NCBI GenBank assembly: GCA_963662265.2
Contig: CAXXHA010000001.1
Location: 128,001 to 192,000, forward strand
Length of the DNA stretch: 64,000 nt
Direction of reading: 5' to 3'
DNA from: Spirochaetia bacterium
GTDB taxonomy: Bacteria > Spirochaetota > Spirochaetia > CADAEX01
The translations under genes and the position numbers were made by a program. The stretch's first letter is position 1. Each line of letters opens with the position of its first letter. Shown piece by piece: positions 41,667-52,648 of this stretch. The notes under the pieces were generated by a model. It saw only the letters and a list, made by a program, of their open reading frames with translations, was not told the origin of the DNA and did not search any database.

Positions 41667-42425
41667 TCAACTATGGGCAATCAGGTCGAAAAGGTATGGA
41701 GAATACTCAATCTCCAGTTCAGCAACAGAGACACCTGGTATTTTATTCAGTTCATTGATTGTTTTCGTTGAACCATTGATATAAAACGAAGTATCTTTTG
41801 CAAACAGTTTTACAGTTACAATGCTATCTTTGAGATCATTCAAGACTATGGAATGCTTGTTTATCAATAAATATATTTTTTCAAGAGATATTTTCAAAAT
41901 CAGACATTTTTCATTGTTGATAGAAGCAATTTCCTTTAAACATAATTCATTAAAACTGCTTCTTTTATATAATTTTGATTTTTTATTATGATATATATCC
42001 ATGTTTGTTTTCTGTTTTAGAAAGTATTTAATTATTACTTCATGATATATACATGATATGGAATTAATCTCAAAATCAACCTTCCAGCCATTTTTCAGAG
42101 ACATTATTTTTTCTGCATTTATATATTTAATCCATAAAAAGAATGATGCTTCTTTACTGGGAAGAAACTCATTGTCAAATTTCAGATGCAATCGTAATTT
42201 GTTTTTTTTGTCTTTAAAAATTGAAATCTCTTTTTCATTAAGTATCAATATTATTTTGCATTTTTTAAGAGACAGTTCTACAGGAATACAATATATGTAT
42301 AAATCATCTACTCTTATAAAGGTGTTTATCTTTTTTAGACCTAGCTTATCCCTTACATAATTATCAACTATGATATTTTTATTTTCAAATTCAGTAAAAT
42401 ATTTATCAAAAAGGTATTTGTCCAT
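41667..42425 (-). CDS. Probable PilZN3/PlzA-like protein
   Basis: Recalled resemblance of the N-terminus (KLGL...CIPVELSL..CKIILIL..KE) to spirochaete PilZN3 proteins. Confidence 0.4.
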   Translation of the reverse strand: MDKYLFDKYFTEFENKNIIVDNYVRDKLGLKKINTFIRVDDLYIYCIPVELSLKKCKIILILNEKEISIFKDKKNKLRLHLKFDNEFLPSKEASFFLWIKYINAEKIMSLKNGWKVDFEINSISCIYHEVIIKYFLKQKTNMDIYHNKKSKLYKRSSFNELCLKEIASINNEKCLILKISLEKIYLLINKHSIVLNDLKDSIVTVKLFAKDTSFYINGSTKTINELNKIPGVSVAELEIEYSPYLFDLIAHS

Positions 42426-42782
42426 CTTCCCGCTTTCAAATAATCAGGTATTTTATTTATTCTCCTGTTAATTTCAGACTTTATAAAATCACATGTCCCT
42501 GCAGCTGCAAAACCACCTGTTTTACCTGGCCGGATTTTACAACAAGACAAACAAATAAATCGACTTTAAGCAACAACTGTTTTTTTACATTTTCCTGAAT
42601 GAATTATATTAATATCAGATAACGTATATAATTGTTAGACCATTCATCATATTCATTCACAATCTTTTTATACAAACTATTCTGCCGGATTATGTACAGA
42701 CTTCCATTGTATCAATATTCAGAGTTTCAGCAGATTTATAGTAAATTTCATGAAGGATCTCTATGATATAACCCCATTATTC

Positions 42783-43724
42783 TTATAGATATTTTATATC
42801 CAGAGGATGCCTGTAATTCATAATTTCAAGATCTGCTGTTGAAGCATTAAGTCTCACCTGCTCGGGAGACTTGCACCCGGGGATTACAGAACTGACAGCA
42901 TTATGCTTCAGGACCCAGTAAAGAGCGTATTGAGCTAATGTTATGTTTTCCGGAAGTTCATTCGCTATAATATCATCAATAGTTTTCTGCATTGATGTAA
43001 TCATCTCAGGCGGATACTTTTTGGCTCTTGATTCACTGGAACTGAATTCCCTTATGTTCTGATATTTGCCGCTTAAAAGTCCGCTGGCAAGGGCAACCCG
43101 TGCTATTACGCCGATATTGTCACTAAGGCATACCGGAAGAACATCTATTTCAGCATTTTTTTCCAGACGGTTGTATTTTACCTGTATTACATCAGCACCA
43201 ACATTTCTTGCATTTTTAATCTGGTGTTCCCGCCATTCCTTTTTCTTTCTGGACATTGATATTCCAAGATATCGTATTTTTCCATCACGCTTCTGCTTGT
43301 CAAGCATTGTCCAGAGTTCCTGATTATCAAAATCCTCATTTGACCCGGAATGGAATTTATATATATCAATATAATCTGTTTTCAAATATTCAAGTGATTC
43401 TTCCAGCTGCAGCTTTATTTCCTCAATGCTCCATGCATCAGAATTCTTCAGAGTTTCTATTCTCCTATGGCCGAATTTTGTTGAAATAATCCATTTATCT
43501 CTTGGCCCTGGTAATGTTTTCCCGATAAGCTTTTCTGCATAGTGATCAACCCCGTAACATTCTGCTGTATCAATAAAATTTATCCCGCAATCATCTGCAG
43601 CTTCAAGGATCTCTTTAACATCTTTTTCATAGAAGTTTTTGCCCCAGCTTCCTCCAAACTGATAAGTTCCAAGTCCTATAACTGAAACATTTAAATCTGT
43701 ATTCCCGAGTTTTCTGAATTTCAT
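42783..43724 (-). CDS. Aldo/keto reductase
   Basis: MKFRKLG, GINFIDTAECYG, STKFG, DYIDIY..H and VIPG motifs. Confidence 0.92.
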   Translation of the reverse strand: MKFRKLGNTDLNVSVIGLGTYQFGGSWGKNFYEKDVKEILEAADDCGINFIDTAECYGVDHYAEKLIGKTLPGPRDKWIISTKFGHRRIETLKNSDAWSIEEIKLQLEESLEYLKTDYIDIYKFHSGSNEDFDNQELWTMLDKQKRDGKIRYLGISMSRKKKEWREHQIKNARNVGADVIQVKYNRLEKNAEIDVLPVCLSDNIGVIARVALASGLLSGKYQNIREFSSSESRAKKYPPEMITSMQKTIDDIIANELPENITLAQYALYWVLKHNAVSSVIPGCKSPEQVRLNASTADLEIMNYRHPLDIKYL

Positions 43725-43918
43725 ATTTAATAATATCACAACTGTTAAATAATTTGAAAAAAAAATGACAAGATGTTTTATCTGATATCTGTTGCTTTTA
43801 TTATAATTAAAAATAATCTGTTTATTAAAGAGACAGTCTGCTATGACCATCCTCTCCACAGATTATTAAGAACAACTAATTTTCAAATGAAATTTACACT
43901 AAACAGCTTAAAAACTCA

Positions 43919-45427
43919 TCATTGAATTACAACCTTGTTTCTTCCGCTTTTTTTCGCCTGATACAAGGCATCATCGGCACGTTTGATTATCTGTGTTAAA
44001 TTCTCATTTTCCCTGAATACTGTCCCGCCAAAACTTGCAGTAGATTTTTTAATTTCCGGAAAATTATAGCTCTCAATCGTATTCCGCAATTTTTCAGCCA
44101 TTTTCCCAATGCCTTCCCTGTCTGTACCGGGACAGATTATCAGAAATTCCTCGCCCCCCCATCTGCCGAGAATATCTGTAATACGGATGCTGGACTGCAT
44201 CAGTTTTGAAATTGTTACTAAAATCATATCGCCTACAAGATGACCATATGTATCATTCACTGTTTTGAAAAAATCAATATCCATCAATATTATACCAAAT
44301 GGACGGCTGTAACGTTCATAATAAGCCACTTCATTATTAAGTGCTTCATTCAGCTTGCCGCGGTTATAAAGCCCTGTCAGCTGATCTGTAATTGCCAGCT
44401 TATTTAACTCGCAGTTTTTGACTTCCAATTCATTTTTCAAAATATTGAGATCATTGAATAACTGCTGTATTTGTTTTTTTTCTTTTGACAATCGCCTGTA
44501 CCTGTATATTATTATAATAATTATGGCAATCGAACTGAGAAGGATCTTCCACACAAGAGAGTAATCAGGTGTTTCAACATTCATTTTGATCCATCTGTTA
44601 TAGATCCTGTTATGTTCCTCTGGTGTTATTTCTTCAAGAACTTTATTGATAATAGAAACAGTCAGTTCATGCTCAGGAGGAAGTCCAATTCGATGTTCAA
44701 ATACATATTCAGTTTTACCGGCAATGCTGAGATCCATATCAGATTTTCTAATAGCATCCATGACAACAGCCATGTGGCCGACAAATGCATCTATTTTTCC
44801 ATTGTGCAGCATTTTAAGACCTTCAACTACATTACTTGAAGTAACAAGTTCAATATCAGGATAGTTGGTATTTAAAAAATGATAACTTGTATACCCTTCC
44901 CCAACACCGACTTTTTTCCCGACAAGTTCATTAGTGTTGCTGATAAAATCAATATCAGGCCTGGTTGCGATTATCAGAGGGAAGGAAATATACGGCTCTG
45001 TTAAAAGCACATCGGTACCGATATAGTCATCACTTGATAATGCCGGTATAAGATCAATATCCTTACTGACAAACTTATCAAGAACTTCCTGCCAGGTTTT
45101 ACTCTGAATAAAATCCATTTCAATCCCGGTTGCTTCACTTATAATCTTAAGGTAATCTGCTATGATTCCCTTGTATACAGGATATTCATCTACATAAGAA
45201 AGAGGTTCCCATTCTACCTCACTGAACTTCAGCTTTTCTACATGATAAATCCACTCTGTTTCCTGGCTGGAAAACTCAAGACATGAAGTTTCTTCAGGCA
45301 TAATAAGCACTACGAATAACTGCAAAGCTAAGGCAAAATAATAAATATTCTTCATATCCTTTAATTTCCTTTCAAGGTTTATATATTTCATATTAAATAA
45401 TTCAATCAATTTCAATTGAAAAACCAT
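43919..45427 (-). CDS. Diguanylate cyclase with a periplasmic-binding-protein (BvgS-like) sensor domain
   Basis: WEPLSY...GIIADY sensor domain, TM helix, then RWGGEEF; start may be further downstream. Confidence 0.9.
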   Translation of the reverse strand: MVFQLKLIELFNMKYINLERKLKDMKNIYYFALALQLFVVLIMPEETSCLEFSSQETEWIYHVEKLKFSEVEWEPLSYVDEYPVYKGIIADYLKIISEATGIEMDFIQSKTWQEVLDKFVSKDIDLIPALSSDDYIGTDVLLTEPYISFPLIIATRPDIDFISNTNELVGKKVGVGEGYTSYHFLNTNYPDIELVTSSNVVEGLKMLHNGKIDAFVGHMAVVMDAIRKSDMDLSIAGKTEYVFEHRIGLPPEHELTVSIINKVLEEITPEEHNRIYNRWIKMNVETPDYSLVWKILLSSIAIIIIIIYRYRRLSKEKKQIQQLFNDLNILKNELEVKNCELNKLAITDQLTGLYNRGKLNEALNNEVAYYERYSRPFGIILMDIDFFKTVNDTYGHLVGDMILVTISKLMQSSIRITDILGRWGGEEFLIICPGTDREGIGKMAEKLRNTIESYNFPEIKKSTASFGGTVFRENENLTQIIKRADDALYQAKKSGRNKVVIQ

Positions 45428-45439
45428 GTTTACATATAT

Positions 45440-45635
45440 TTTATGCTGAACTCATATTTAAATTGTTATACATGTCCGAATTAAATATATTCACAGATAA
45501 CTTTACCATAGTTTATGCCTGCAGTCATTCAGGGAATATCAATAATTACTTATTATGCCTGTATTTATTATAGGAGCTAACAAACTCTTTCACAATCTTT
45601 TTTATCAGATTCACTGAGATCAAAATTAAATTACC
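45440..45635 (-). mobile_element. Remnant of the rve-type IS
   Basis: IKKIVKEFVSSYNKYRHNK*...YGKVICE; DNA matches 8670-8745 (ATGCCTGTATT.ATTATAGGAG.TAA). Confidence 0.6.
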
Positions 45636-45798
45636 AGGTTAATCTACCTAATTATTACAAACCGTTCATTGTTAATTATAAGAGGAACCTGTATCTTTCT
45701 GCCAGTAAACTCTCAGGATATTGTCCATTAAAATATTTCCTTGTCTTCTGTTAATTATCCCCTATAATAAAAAAAGATAAAAATTCAAGGAGATAAAA

Positions 45799-46619
45799 AT
45801 GTTAAAAAATATTACAAAGCTTCAGCCAGGTATCCAGTGCTTTGAGATTGAATCAGAAAATACAGGAGACAACCTCACTGTAAGAGTACAGCTTCCGGGA
45901 AGCTATGAGTTTTCAGACTCATCATATCCTGTACTTTATGTTCTTGACGGTGATGCTGCTTTCGGCCTTGCAACTACAATTATGTCCTATATAAATCTGG
46001 GGGCCAATTTCGGAATGGGTAAAAATTATTCCTGAAATGATTGTAGTCAGCATTGGTTACGAAAGAGGGGGGCATTCCATGGCTTTTGACCCGTGTAAGG
46101 GATTTCACACCTACAGAAGATCCCTCTTTTAATTACAATAATCCCAATTTTAATGTGCCTGCAAGCGGAAAGGCAGAATTGTTTTATAATTTTATTCTTG
46201 ATGAATTGAATCCCGAACTTGAATCAATGTTCCGGATTGATCCTTCATTGAATGTACTTGCCACCCATTCCATGGGGGGTGTTTTTGCAGCCTACACAAT
46301 GCTTAATCAGAAACAGTATTTTAATAAATTCCTTATGGTATCACCATTTGTCGGTTGGGACAGCAAGGCTGTTTTCGGGATGATGAACTCCTGTAAGGAC
46401 AAGAATAAAAAACTTAATTCAGATGTTTTTATTTCATGTACACCAGTAGAGCCTACACCTTCGTATATTGAAGAAGTAAGTGATTTTTACGAAAACCTTG
46501 TTAACTGCGGATTTGAAGGTTTAAACTGCCACTTTGAAAATTACCCTGATGATAACCATTTCTCTGTCATAAGCAAGGCTTTTATTGATGGCCTTGTATA
46601 TTTGTTTAATGCAGTTTGA
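45799..46619 (+). CDS. IroE/BesA-like alpha/beta hydrolase, one frameshift near 46025
   Basis: YPVLYVLDGD in the first fragment; RVRDFTP, HSMGG and a C-terminal His in the second. Confidence 0.8.
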
Positions 46620-46901
46620 TTTCAAAAAAGATATCTGTGTTTACAACAGTATAGTAAATTATGACAAGTTATCAGGTTTTTCTTTATAATTGTTATCTAT
46701 TTTAGATACCTTGTACTTTTCCTCCACGGGAGTGGAGCTGCAAAACAACAAAAGCATCCACATTTCAGCGGCACTACCCCCTGTTTTCACAGAAATTTTC
46801 AGCATAAGCACATATTTCAGGGACTTGCATTGTGCACCAGGGAGGAACTGCAGGGTTTTGTATCTTTTACTTGATTTTTTTATTATGATTTATTATTATA
46901 T

Positions 46902-46917
46902 ATGCGTGCGCATGCAT
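46902..46917. promoter_or_regulatory. Putative MarR operator
   Basis: Imperfect palindrome ATGCGTGCGCATGCAT about 40 bp before marR. Confidence 0.5.
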
Positions 46918-46956
46918 TTATAATAATAAATCATATACAGATTAGAGAATAAAAAC

Positions 46957-47418
46957 ATGAATGAAGAAGAAGATTTTTTTGTGCTTCTGCACAGCATAAT
47001 GAAAAAAATACGGACAATTGCCAACAGAGAACTTATCCCCCTGGGAATGAATCATATCGAGATGAGGATACTCATGATGATGTACCTTTATTATCCCGAT
47101 GGATGCAGCCAGGAAGAACTGATCTCAAAACTTGAGATTGACAGGAGCAATGTCGGAAGGTCTCTTAAAAAGCTGGAGCAGCTTGGCTACATTGAAAGGG
47201 AAACTGACTCACAGGATCGCCGTGCCTACAGAGTTTTTTTGACAGAAAACAGCGATTCAATCCGTATGCCGCTGTATCAAATGAGAGAGACACTTTATAC
47301 AACCATCTCAACGGCAATGACACAACAGGAATTCACATTACTGCTTCAGTTGTTAAAAAAAACTGACAAGCATATATCTGAAGAAAATTACAGGAATATC
47401 AAATATTCCAAAATATAA
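46957..47418 (+). CDS. MarR-family regulator
   Basis: SQEEL...LKKLEQLGYIER...DRRAYRVFLT winged-helix pattern. Confidence 0.92.
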   Translation: MNEEEDFFVLLHSIMKKIRTIANRELIPLGMNHIEMRILMMMYLYYPDGCSQEELISKLEIDRSNVGRSLKKLEQLGYIERETDSQDRRAYRVFLTENSDSIRMPLYQMRETLYTTISTAMTQQEFTLLLQLLKKTDKHISEENYRNIKYSKI

Positions 47419-47508
47419 TCAGAGTTTTTCCAATTAAAAGTGATACATCTCAGCAGAGAAAATAATTTGCTCTGCAGCATTACGTATTTACAGAAAGGAG
47501 ACTTCTAC

Positions 47509-48873
47509 ATGAACATGAAAACTGCACGTTTAACTGACGGTCCGATAACCCAAATATTACTAAGACTCACCTTCCCTACAATACTGGGCGGGATTGGCAT
47601 GGTTATATTCAATATCACTGATACATACTTTGTTGGCCGGCTGGGAACGATTCAGCTGGCAGCTTTAAGTTTTACATTTCCAGTAGTTCTTTTTGCAACA
47701 AGTATAGCGCATGGTGTAGGCATCGGGGTCTCTGCAATCGTCTCCCGTGCCATCGGAGAAGGGAACCATCTTAAAGCATCGCGAATCACGACAGACAGCC
47801 TGAGCCTGTCTCTCCTTCTGGTAGGGATTATATCAGTCACCGGATTGGCTACAATCGATGATTTGTTCCGGCTGCTTGGAGCAACACCTGAAACCATGCC
47901 TTATATAAGGCAGTACATGACTGTATGGTACCGGGGGGCAGTATTCATGGTTGTTCCAATGGTAGCTAACAATGCTATTCGTGCATCCGGTGATACAAAA
48001 ACTCCCGGTTTAATTGTACTCTGCGCTGCTTTAATTAATATTATCATGGATCCCCTTCTGATATTCGGTATCGGTCCGTTTCCGGAAATGGGTGTTACAG
48101 GGGCTGCAATATCAACAGTGTTGTCACGCGCTATAATGATGCTGTTATCCTTCATAATAATACAGTTTAAAGAGAAGATGATAATCTATGAGAAACCGGA
48201 TATTCATTCAATTCTTGATTCATGGCGTCAAATCCTCTACATTGGTGCTCCCTCAGCACTGACAAAAATTGCACTCCCTTTTGCCGCTGGAATCATGACA
48301 AGCATTGTTTCCTTATATGGCTCAGCAGCTGTTGCCGGATTTGGCGTAGCAACCCGAATCGAAGTATTTGTCCTGATGGTGATTTTATCCCTTTCCGCAG
48401 TGATGGGGCCCTTTGTAGGCCAGAATTACGGAGCTGGAAAATTTGACAGGATCAAATCAGGCATAAGAATCAGCAATCAAATTTCACTGATATGGGGAAT
48501 GACAGCAGTCATCGCCCTGATTATATTTGCCTCCCGCATATGTTCAGTATTCAGCAGTGATCCCGAAGTAATCTCAGCTGTAAAAATATATCTGCTGATT
48601 GTTCCTGCAGGATATGGGGTATATGGAATTGTTTTGATTGCAAGCTCTGCAATGACTGTCCTTCAGAAACCCATTAATGCGGCAGCAGTGACAATTGTAC
48701 AGACATTTCTCCTTTCCATCCCTTTTGCCTATATCGGCTCTTATCTTGCAGGATTGCGGGGTATATTTCTGGCCATGCCTCTCTCTTATTTAATTTCATC
48801 CCTGATTGCCCGCCCTATGCTTAATAAAATTATTAATGAAAGGGAGGAATTACTGAAGCTGAAGAGGGATTGA
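47509..48873 (+). CDS. MATE efflux transporter
   Basis: LTDGPI, DTYFVGRLG, RASGDTKTP and GQNYGAG motifs; start after AAGGAG. Confidence 0.93.
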   Translation: MNMKTARLTDGPITQILLRLTFPTILGGIGMVIFNITDTYFVGRLGTIQLAALSFTFPVVLFATSIAHGVGIGVSAIVSRAIGEGNHLKASRITTDSLSLSLLLVGIISVTGLATIDDLFRLLGATPETMPYIRQYMTVWYRGAVFMVVPMVANNAIRASGDTKTPGLIVLCAALINIIMDPLLIFGIGPFPEMGVTGAAISTVLSRAIMMLLSFIIIQFKEKMIIYEKPDIHSILDSWRQILYIGAPSALTKIALPFAAGIMTSIVSLYGSAAVAGFGVATRIEVFVLMVILSLSAVMGPFVGQNYGAGKFDRIKSGIRISNQISLIWGMTAVIALIIFASRICSVFSSDPEVISAVKIYLLIVPAGYGVYGIVLIASSAMTVLQKPINAAAVTIVQTFLLSIPFAYIGSYLAGLRGIFLAMPLSYLISSLIARPMLNKIINEREELLKLKRD

Positions 48874-48916
48874 ATTATTTTTAATCTCTTTTCATGAAAT
48901 CGTTGAATTACCAGGA

Positions 48917-49387
48917 TCAGTCCCAGTTTTTGCAGACATCAACCCAGTCTTCATATCCTGAATACTTTTCAAGTTCATCAAGTGTAAGTTCTATTGCGCT
49001 GTTGCTGCTTCCGCATGCGGGAAAAACAGTCTCAAATCTTTTAAGTGATTCATCAAGATAAATATCAAGGCCTTCCTTGACAGCAAAAGGACACACTCCC
49101 CCCACCTTGTGGCCGGTGAATGTTTCAACCTGCTCAGCGTTGAGCATTTTCGCCTTTTTCCCGAACTGATTCTTGTATTTTGAATTATCTATTTTAGCAT
49201 CGCCTGCTGCAACAACAAGGATACAATCATCATTAACTGTAAACGATAATGTCTTTGCAATCCTTTCAGGTGCACAGTTAAGCGCCTGAGCTGCCAGTTC
49301 AACTGTGGCGCTGGATACATCAAATTCAAGGATTTTTTCATCCATTCCGAACTGACTGAAATACTCCCTTACTGCTTCAATTGCCAT
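48917..49387 (-). CDS. YbaK/EbsC (INS superfamily) aminoacyl-tRNA deacylase
   Basis: IAKTL, GGVCPF and CGSSNS motifs. Confidence 0.88.
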   Translation of the reverse strand: MAIEAVREYFSQFGMDEKILEFDVSSATVELAAQALNCAPERIAKTLSFTVNDDCILVVAAGDAKIDNSKYKNQFGKKAKMLNAEQVETFTGHKVGGVCPFAVKEGLDIYLDESLKRFETVFPACGSSNSAIELTLDELEKYSGYEDWVDVCKNWD

Positions 49388-49589
49388 TTTGCCTATCCTC
49401 CGGGATGTTTTATATTTTCTAAAATATCAGAAAAACAGGTAATTTTCAATTAAACTTAAGCCTGAGTTTATGAACATTTGTAAAATAATACACACACTCC
49501 TTTCCAGACAGAAGTTCCGGAATAACTGAGATACAGACTTAATAAATAATCCTTATTCATAGAAAATTATTCACAGCAATATATAATAT

Positions 49590-49634
49590 AAAAACCGCAG
49601 AGATAAACACCTGCTTTCTCCGCGGTCGATTTTT
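49590..49634 (-). terminator. Hairpin downstream of the MCP gene
   Basis: ACCGCAGAGA...TCTCCGCGGT stem flanked by A/T runs. Confidence 0.5.
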
Positions 49635-49707
49635 ATAACAATATGAATGATACATCACATTACATTACATTACATCAATTCACTTCAGTATAAAAATATT
49701 ATCAATA

Positions 49708-51684
49708 TTAAAATTCACTAAACCCGTCATTATTGTCATAATCATATGATTTTTCAGTTTCCGGCTTCTTTGTTTTTCCGGCAGATGAATTTTTCTTTTC
49801 TTCTGTCTCTTTTACAGTTTCAGGAACGGCTGAATATATCTGTTCACTTCCGGATAACTTGAAAAAATCCACATTACTTTTCATAAGTTCTGACTGGCTG
49901 CTCAATTCTTCTGCCATGGAAGCCATTTCTTCTGATGATGAAGCATTCTGCTGAATAACAGTATCCAGCTGCTGCAGTGCCTGATTTATCTGGTCAGCCC
50001 CGCGGTTCTGTTCAATACTGGAAGTGTTAATTTCCTGAATTAATTCCGCTGTGTTCTGTATCTGGGGAACAAGATCATTGATTAAGTTACCTGCCTTTTC
50101 AGCAGCCTTTACGCTGTTAATGGAAATATCAATAATCTCGGCAGCCGCGCTTCCGGAATTCTCTGCTAGTTTTCGAACTTCGCTTGCAACAACTGCAAAT
50201 CCCTTACCAGCATCGCCGGCTCTTGCAGCTTCAATTGCAGCATTAAGAGCAAGCATATTGGTATTCCTTGCAATATCTTCAATAATGGTTATTTTTTCCG
50301 CAATACTCTTCATCGCAGCTACTGTTTCATTTACAGCCTCTCCTCCCTCTGCAGCTTCTACAGCAACTTTCTTTGAAATGTCATCTGCAGATTTGGAACT
50401 TTCTGTATTCTGCTGAATATTAGCCACCAGCTCTTCCATTGCACTGGAAACCTCTTCTGTACTTGAAGCCTGTTCAGTTGCTCCGGATGAAATCTGCTGG
50501 GATGTAGATGATATCTGCTGAGATCCTGAAGCTACCTGGTTTGAAGCGTTTTGAATATCCAGTAATATTCTGTTAAGATTTTCTGCCATATCTTTTAAAG
50601 AATTTGCAAGCTGTCCGATTTCATCTTTCTGGTCAATGTCCATACTTGCAGAAAGATCGCCTGAAGCAATTTTTGACGCAAAATCAACACTTGCCCTCAG
50701 TTTTGTGGAAATGCTTCTTGCAAATAAAAGTGATACGGCAATACCGATAATTAAGGCTGAAATTCCTACCAAAGCTACAATATTTCGAACAAGAACTACA
50801 GGTGCAAGAAATTCCGAATCCGGCAGAGTAAGCGCAAGACTCCACCCTGTTGATTTAACAGGTGCATAGCCGCAGCTTTTTGAATCCCCTTCAAATATAT
50901 ATTTCTCTACGCCGCTCTTTCCGGCAATCATATTTGCTGCATACTGCTCCATTCCTTCAAGCTCTGTAATATTTAATTTCAAATTCAGTTTTGAATCCGG
51001 ATGGGCAATCACCAATCCGGTATTATCAATAATAAAAGCATAACCGGTATCACCGATTTTTGAATTTGTGATGATATTATTGAGAAAAGAGATTTCAACA
51101 ATTGTCGCAACAGCTCCAATAACAGAGCCTTCAGTAGAATAGACAGGCACAGCAAAAGGAATAAAAGGTTCTCCTGTTACTTTGTTTATTCCTACTGCTC
51201 CTATATTGGGTTTTCCCTTAAGAGCATTTACTATATAATCCCTGTCTTTAACAGACACTCCCAGATAATTATTTTCACTGGCAGCAAATACAATTCCGGA
51301 TTTATCTGCAGCAAGAAGAACCTGATAATGCTCTCCAAGCCCTTCTGTCTTTAATATTTTAGAAAAAGTCTTATTTAAAGCATTAATTTTATTTGATTTT
51401 TCAGATGAATCGTCTTTATATACAGATACAGAAGCATCAATAGAAACATCAAGAAGCGCCAGATTCTTTACAATCTTCATTTCATCTGAAATAACATAGT
51501 CAACAAGAAGGGCAAGCTCCTTTGCTCTTTCAGACATCTGCTCTTCTGCGAGTCTTGTAAGCCCTTTTCCGGCAATTGATACAGAAGAAATCCCAACAGT
51601 TATAAGCGGAATTATCATAACTGAAATACCGAATAACAATAATTTTGTAGCTATTTTAAGATTTTTAAACATATAGACCTCCAT
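49708..51684 (-). CDS. Methyl-accepting chemotaxis protein (dCache-HAMP-MA)
   Basis: Two TM helices; DEIGQL HAMP; TNMLALNAAIEAARAG..GKGFAVVA.EVRKLA. Confidence 0.96.
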   Translation of the reverse strand: MEVYMFKNLKIATKLLLFGISVMIIPLITVGISSVSIAGKGLTRLAEEQMSERAKELALLVDYVISDEMKIVKNLALLDVSIDASVSVYKDDSSEKSNKINALNKTFSKILKTEGLGEHYQVLLAADKSGIVFAASENNYLGVSVKDRDYIVNALKGKPNIGAVGINKVTGEPFIPFAVPVYSTEGSVIGAVATIVEISFLNNIITNSKIGDTGYAFIIDNTGLVIAHPDSKLNLKLNITELEGMEQYAANMIAGKSGVEKYIFEGDSKSCGYAPVKSTGWSLALTLPDSEFLAPVVLVRNIVALVGISALIIGIAVSLLFARSISTKLRASVDFASKIASGDLSASMDIDQKDEIGQLANSLKDMAENLNRILLDIQNASNQVASGSQQISSTSQQISSGATEQASSTEEVSSAMEELVANIQQNTESSKSADDISKKVAVEAAEGGEAVNETVAAMKSIAEKITIIEDIARNTNMLALNAAIEAARAGDAGKGFAVVASEVRKLAENSGSAAAEIIDISINSVKAAEKAGNLINDLVPQIQNTAELIQEINTSSIEQNRGADQINQALQQLDTVIQQNASSSEEMASMAEELSSQSELMKSNVDFFKLSGSEQIYSAVPETVKETEEKKNSSAGKTKKPETEKSYDYDNNDGFSEF

Positions 51685-51821
51685 AACTGCCTGTCAATTC
51701 ACCTTAAAAAGCTTTTTTGGGCAGTGCCCATATTCTATTATCTGTGTTATAATCTGTCAAGATAAATCAATGGAATATTGAATTATGTAAATAAAAATCA
51801 TAAATTGAAAACATAAGGAAA

Positions 51822-52427
51822 GTGATCATGCCGAGAAAACCAATCTTTGATAACACAGATATAATTATTGATACTGCGTTTAACATTATAAGAGAGGAAG
51901 GGTTTTACAACTTTTCGACAAGAAGACTGGCGTCAAAACTGGAAGTTTCAAAAAATGCTGTCTTTAATTACTTAAAAACCAAGGAAGATATTATCAATAA
52001 AGTTGTTGAAAAATTTTATACAATTTTTGTCGAAAATGTTTTAAAAATGATTAAAAACAATGAAGATCATTATAAAAAGAACCTTTTTGATATCTACCTG
52101 ATTATTGCTGATGTTCTCTATGATATGGTTTTGGAATATGGCGATGTATACAAAATAGCAATCAGGGATTTCAACAAAACATTTGAACCGGAAACAACGA
52201 CTGAGAACAAATTTAAACTTTTATTTCCTGTATTTACATTTCTTATTGACGATTTCAAGTATACAGAATACAAGGAATTTACTGAACAGGATTTTCTTGA
52301 CAAGCATCATCTTCTTATCGTTTTAATTATAAACATGAACACTATTGAATTAAACAGAGAAACTAAAATCGGAAAAGATGAATACATGAGGTTATTCAGG
52401 AAAGCATATTCTCTTGTAATGGAATAG
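51822..52427 (+). CDS. TetR-family regulator
   Basis: N-terminal HTH FSTRRLASKLEVSKNAVFNY..TKEDI. Confidence 0.85.
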   Translation: MIMPRKPIFDNTDIIIDTAFNIIREEGFYNFSTRRLASKLEVSKNAVFNYLKTKEDIINKVVEKFYTIFVENVLKMIKNNEDHYKKNLFDIYLIIADVLYDMVLEYGDVYKIAIRDFNKTFEPETTTENKFKLLFPVFTFLIDDFKYTEYKEFTEQDFLDKHHLLIVLIINMNTIELNRETKIGKDEYMRLFRKAYSLVME

Positions 52428-52648
52428 ACAAAACAGGGCAATTTGATACTTGAAATATAAAATTTACACAAAAGCTCAAAGCGGCTCTTATATATTACTG
52501 CAACAGCATTTTCTAGCTGAACTTATGCAGCAGCAACACCCCATTCAATAATTCAGCGTGTTTATCTTTCCATTTATGAAAAATAAACACATCAAAGAAA
52601 GACACCAATTTCATGACAACTCAAGGACACTGTAGATGAAAAACTTGT

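Noticed and set aside
42430-42560. c-di-GMP riboswitch upstream of the PilZ-like gene
   Set aside because: Lacks the class I pattern (GGCAAA...GAAA tetraloop...GCAAA) on the coding strand.
49651-49675. (TACAT)x5 microsatellite
   Set aside because: Short, imperfect, and in the 3' untranslated region of the MCP gene; no plausible phase-variation role.
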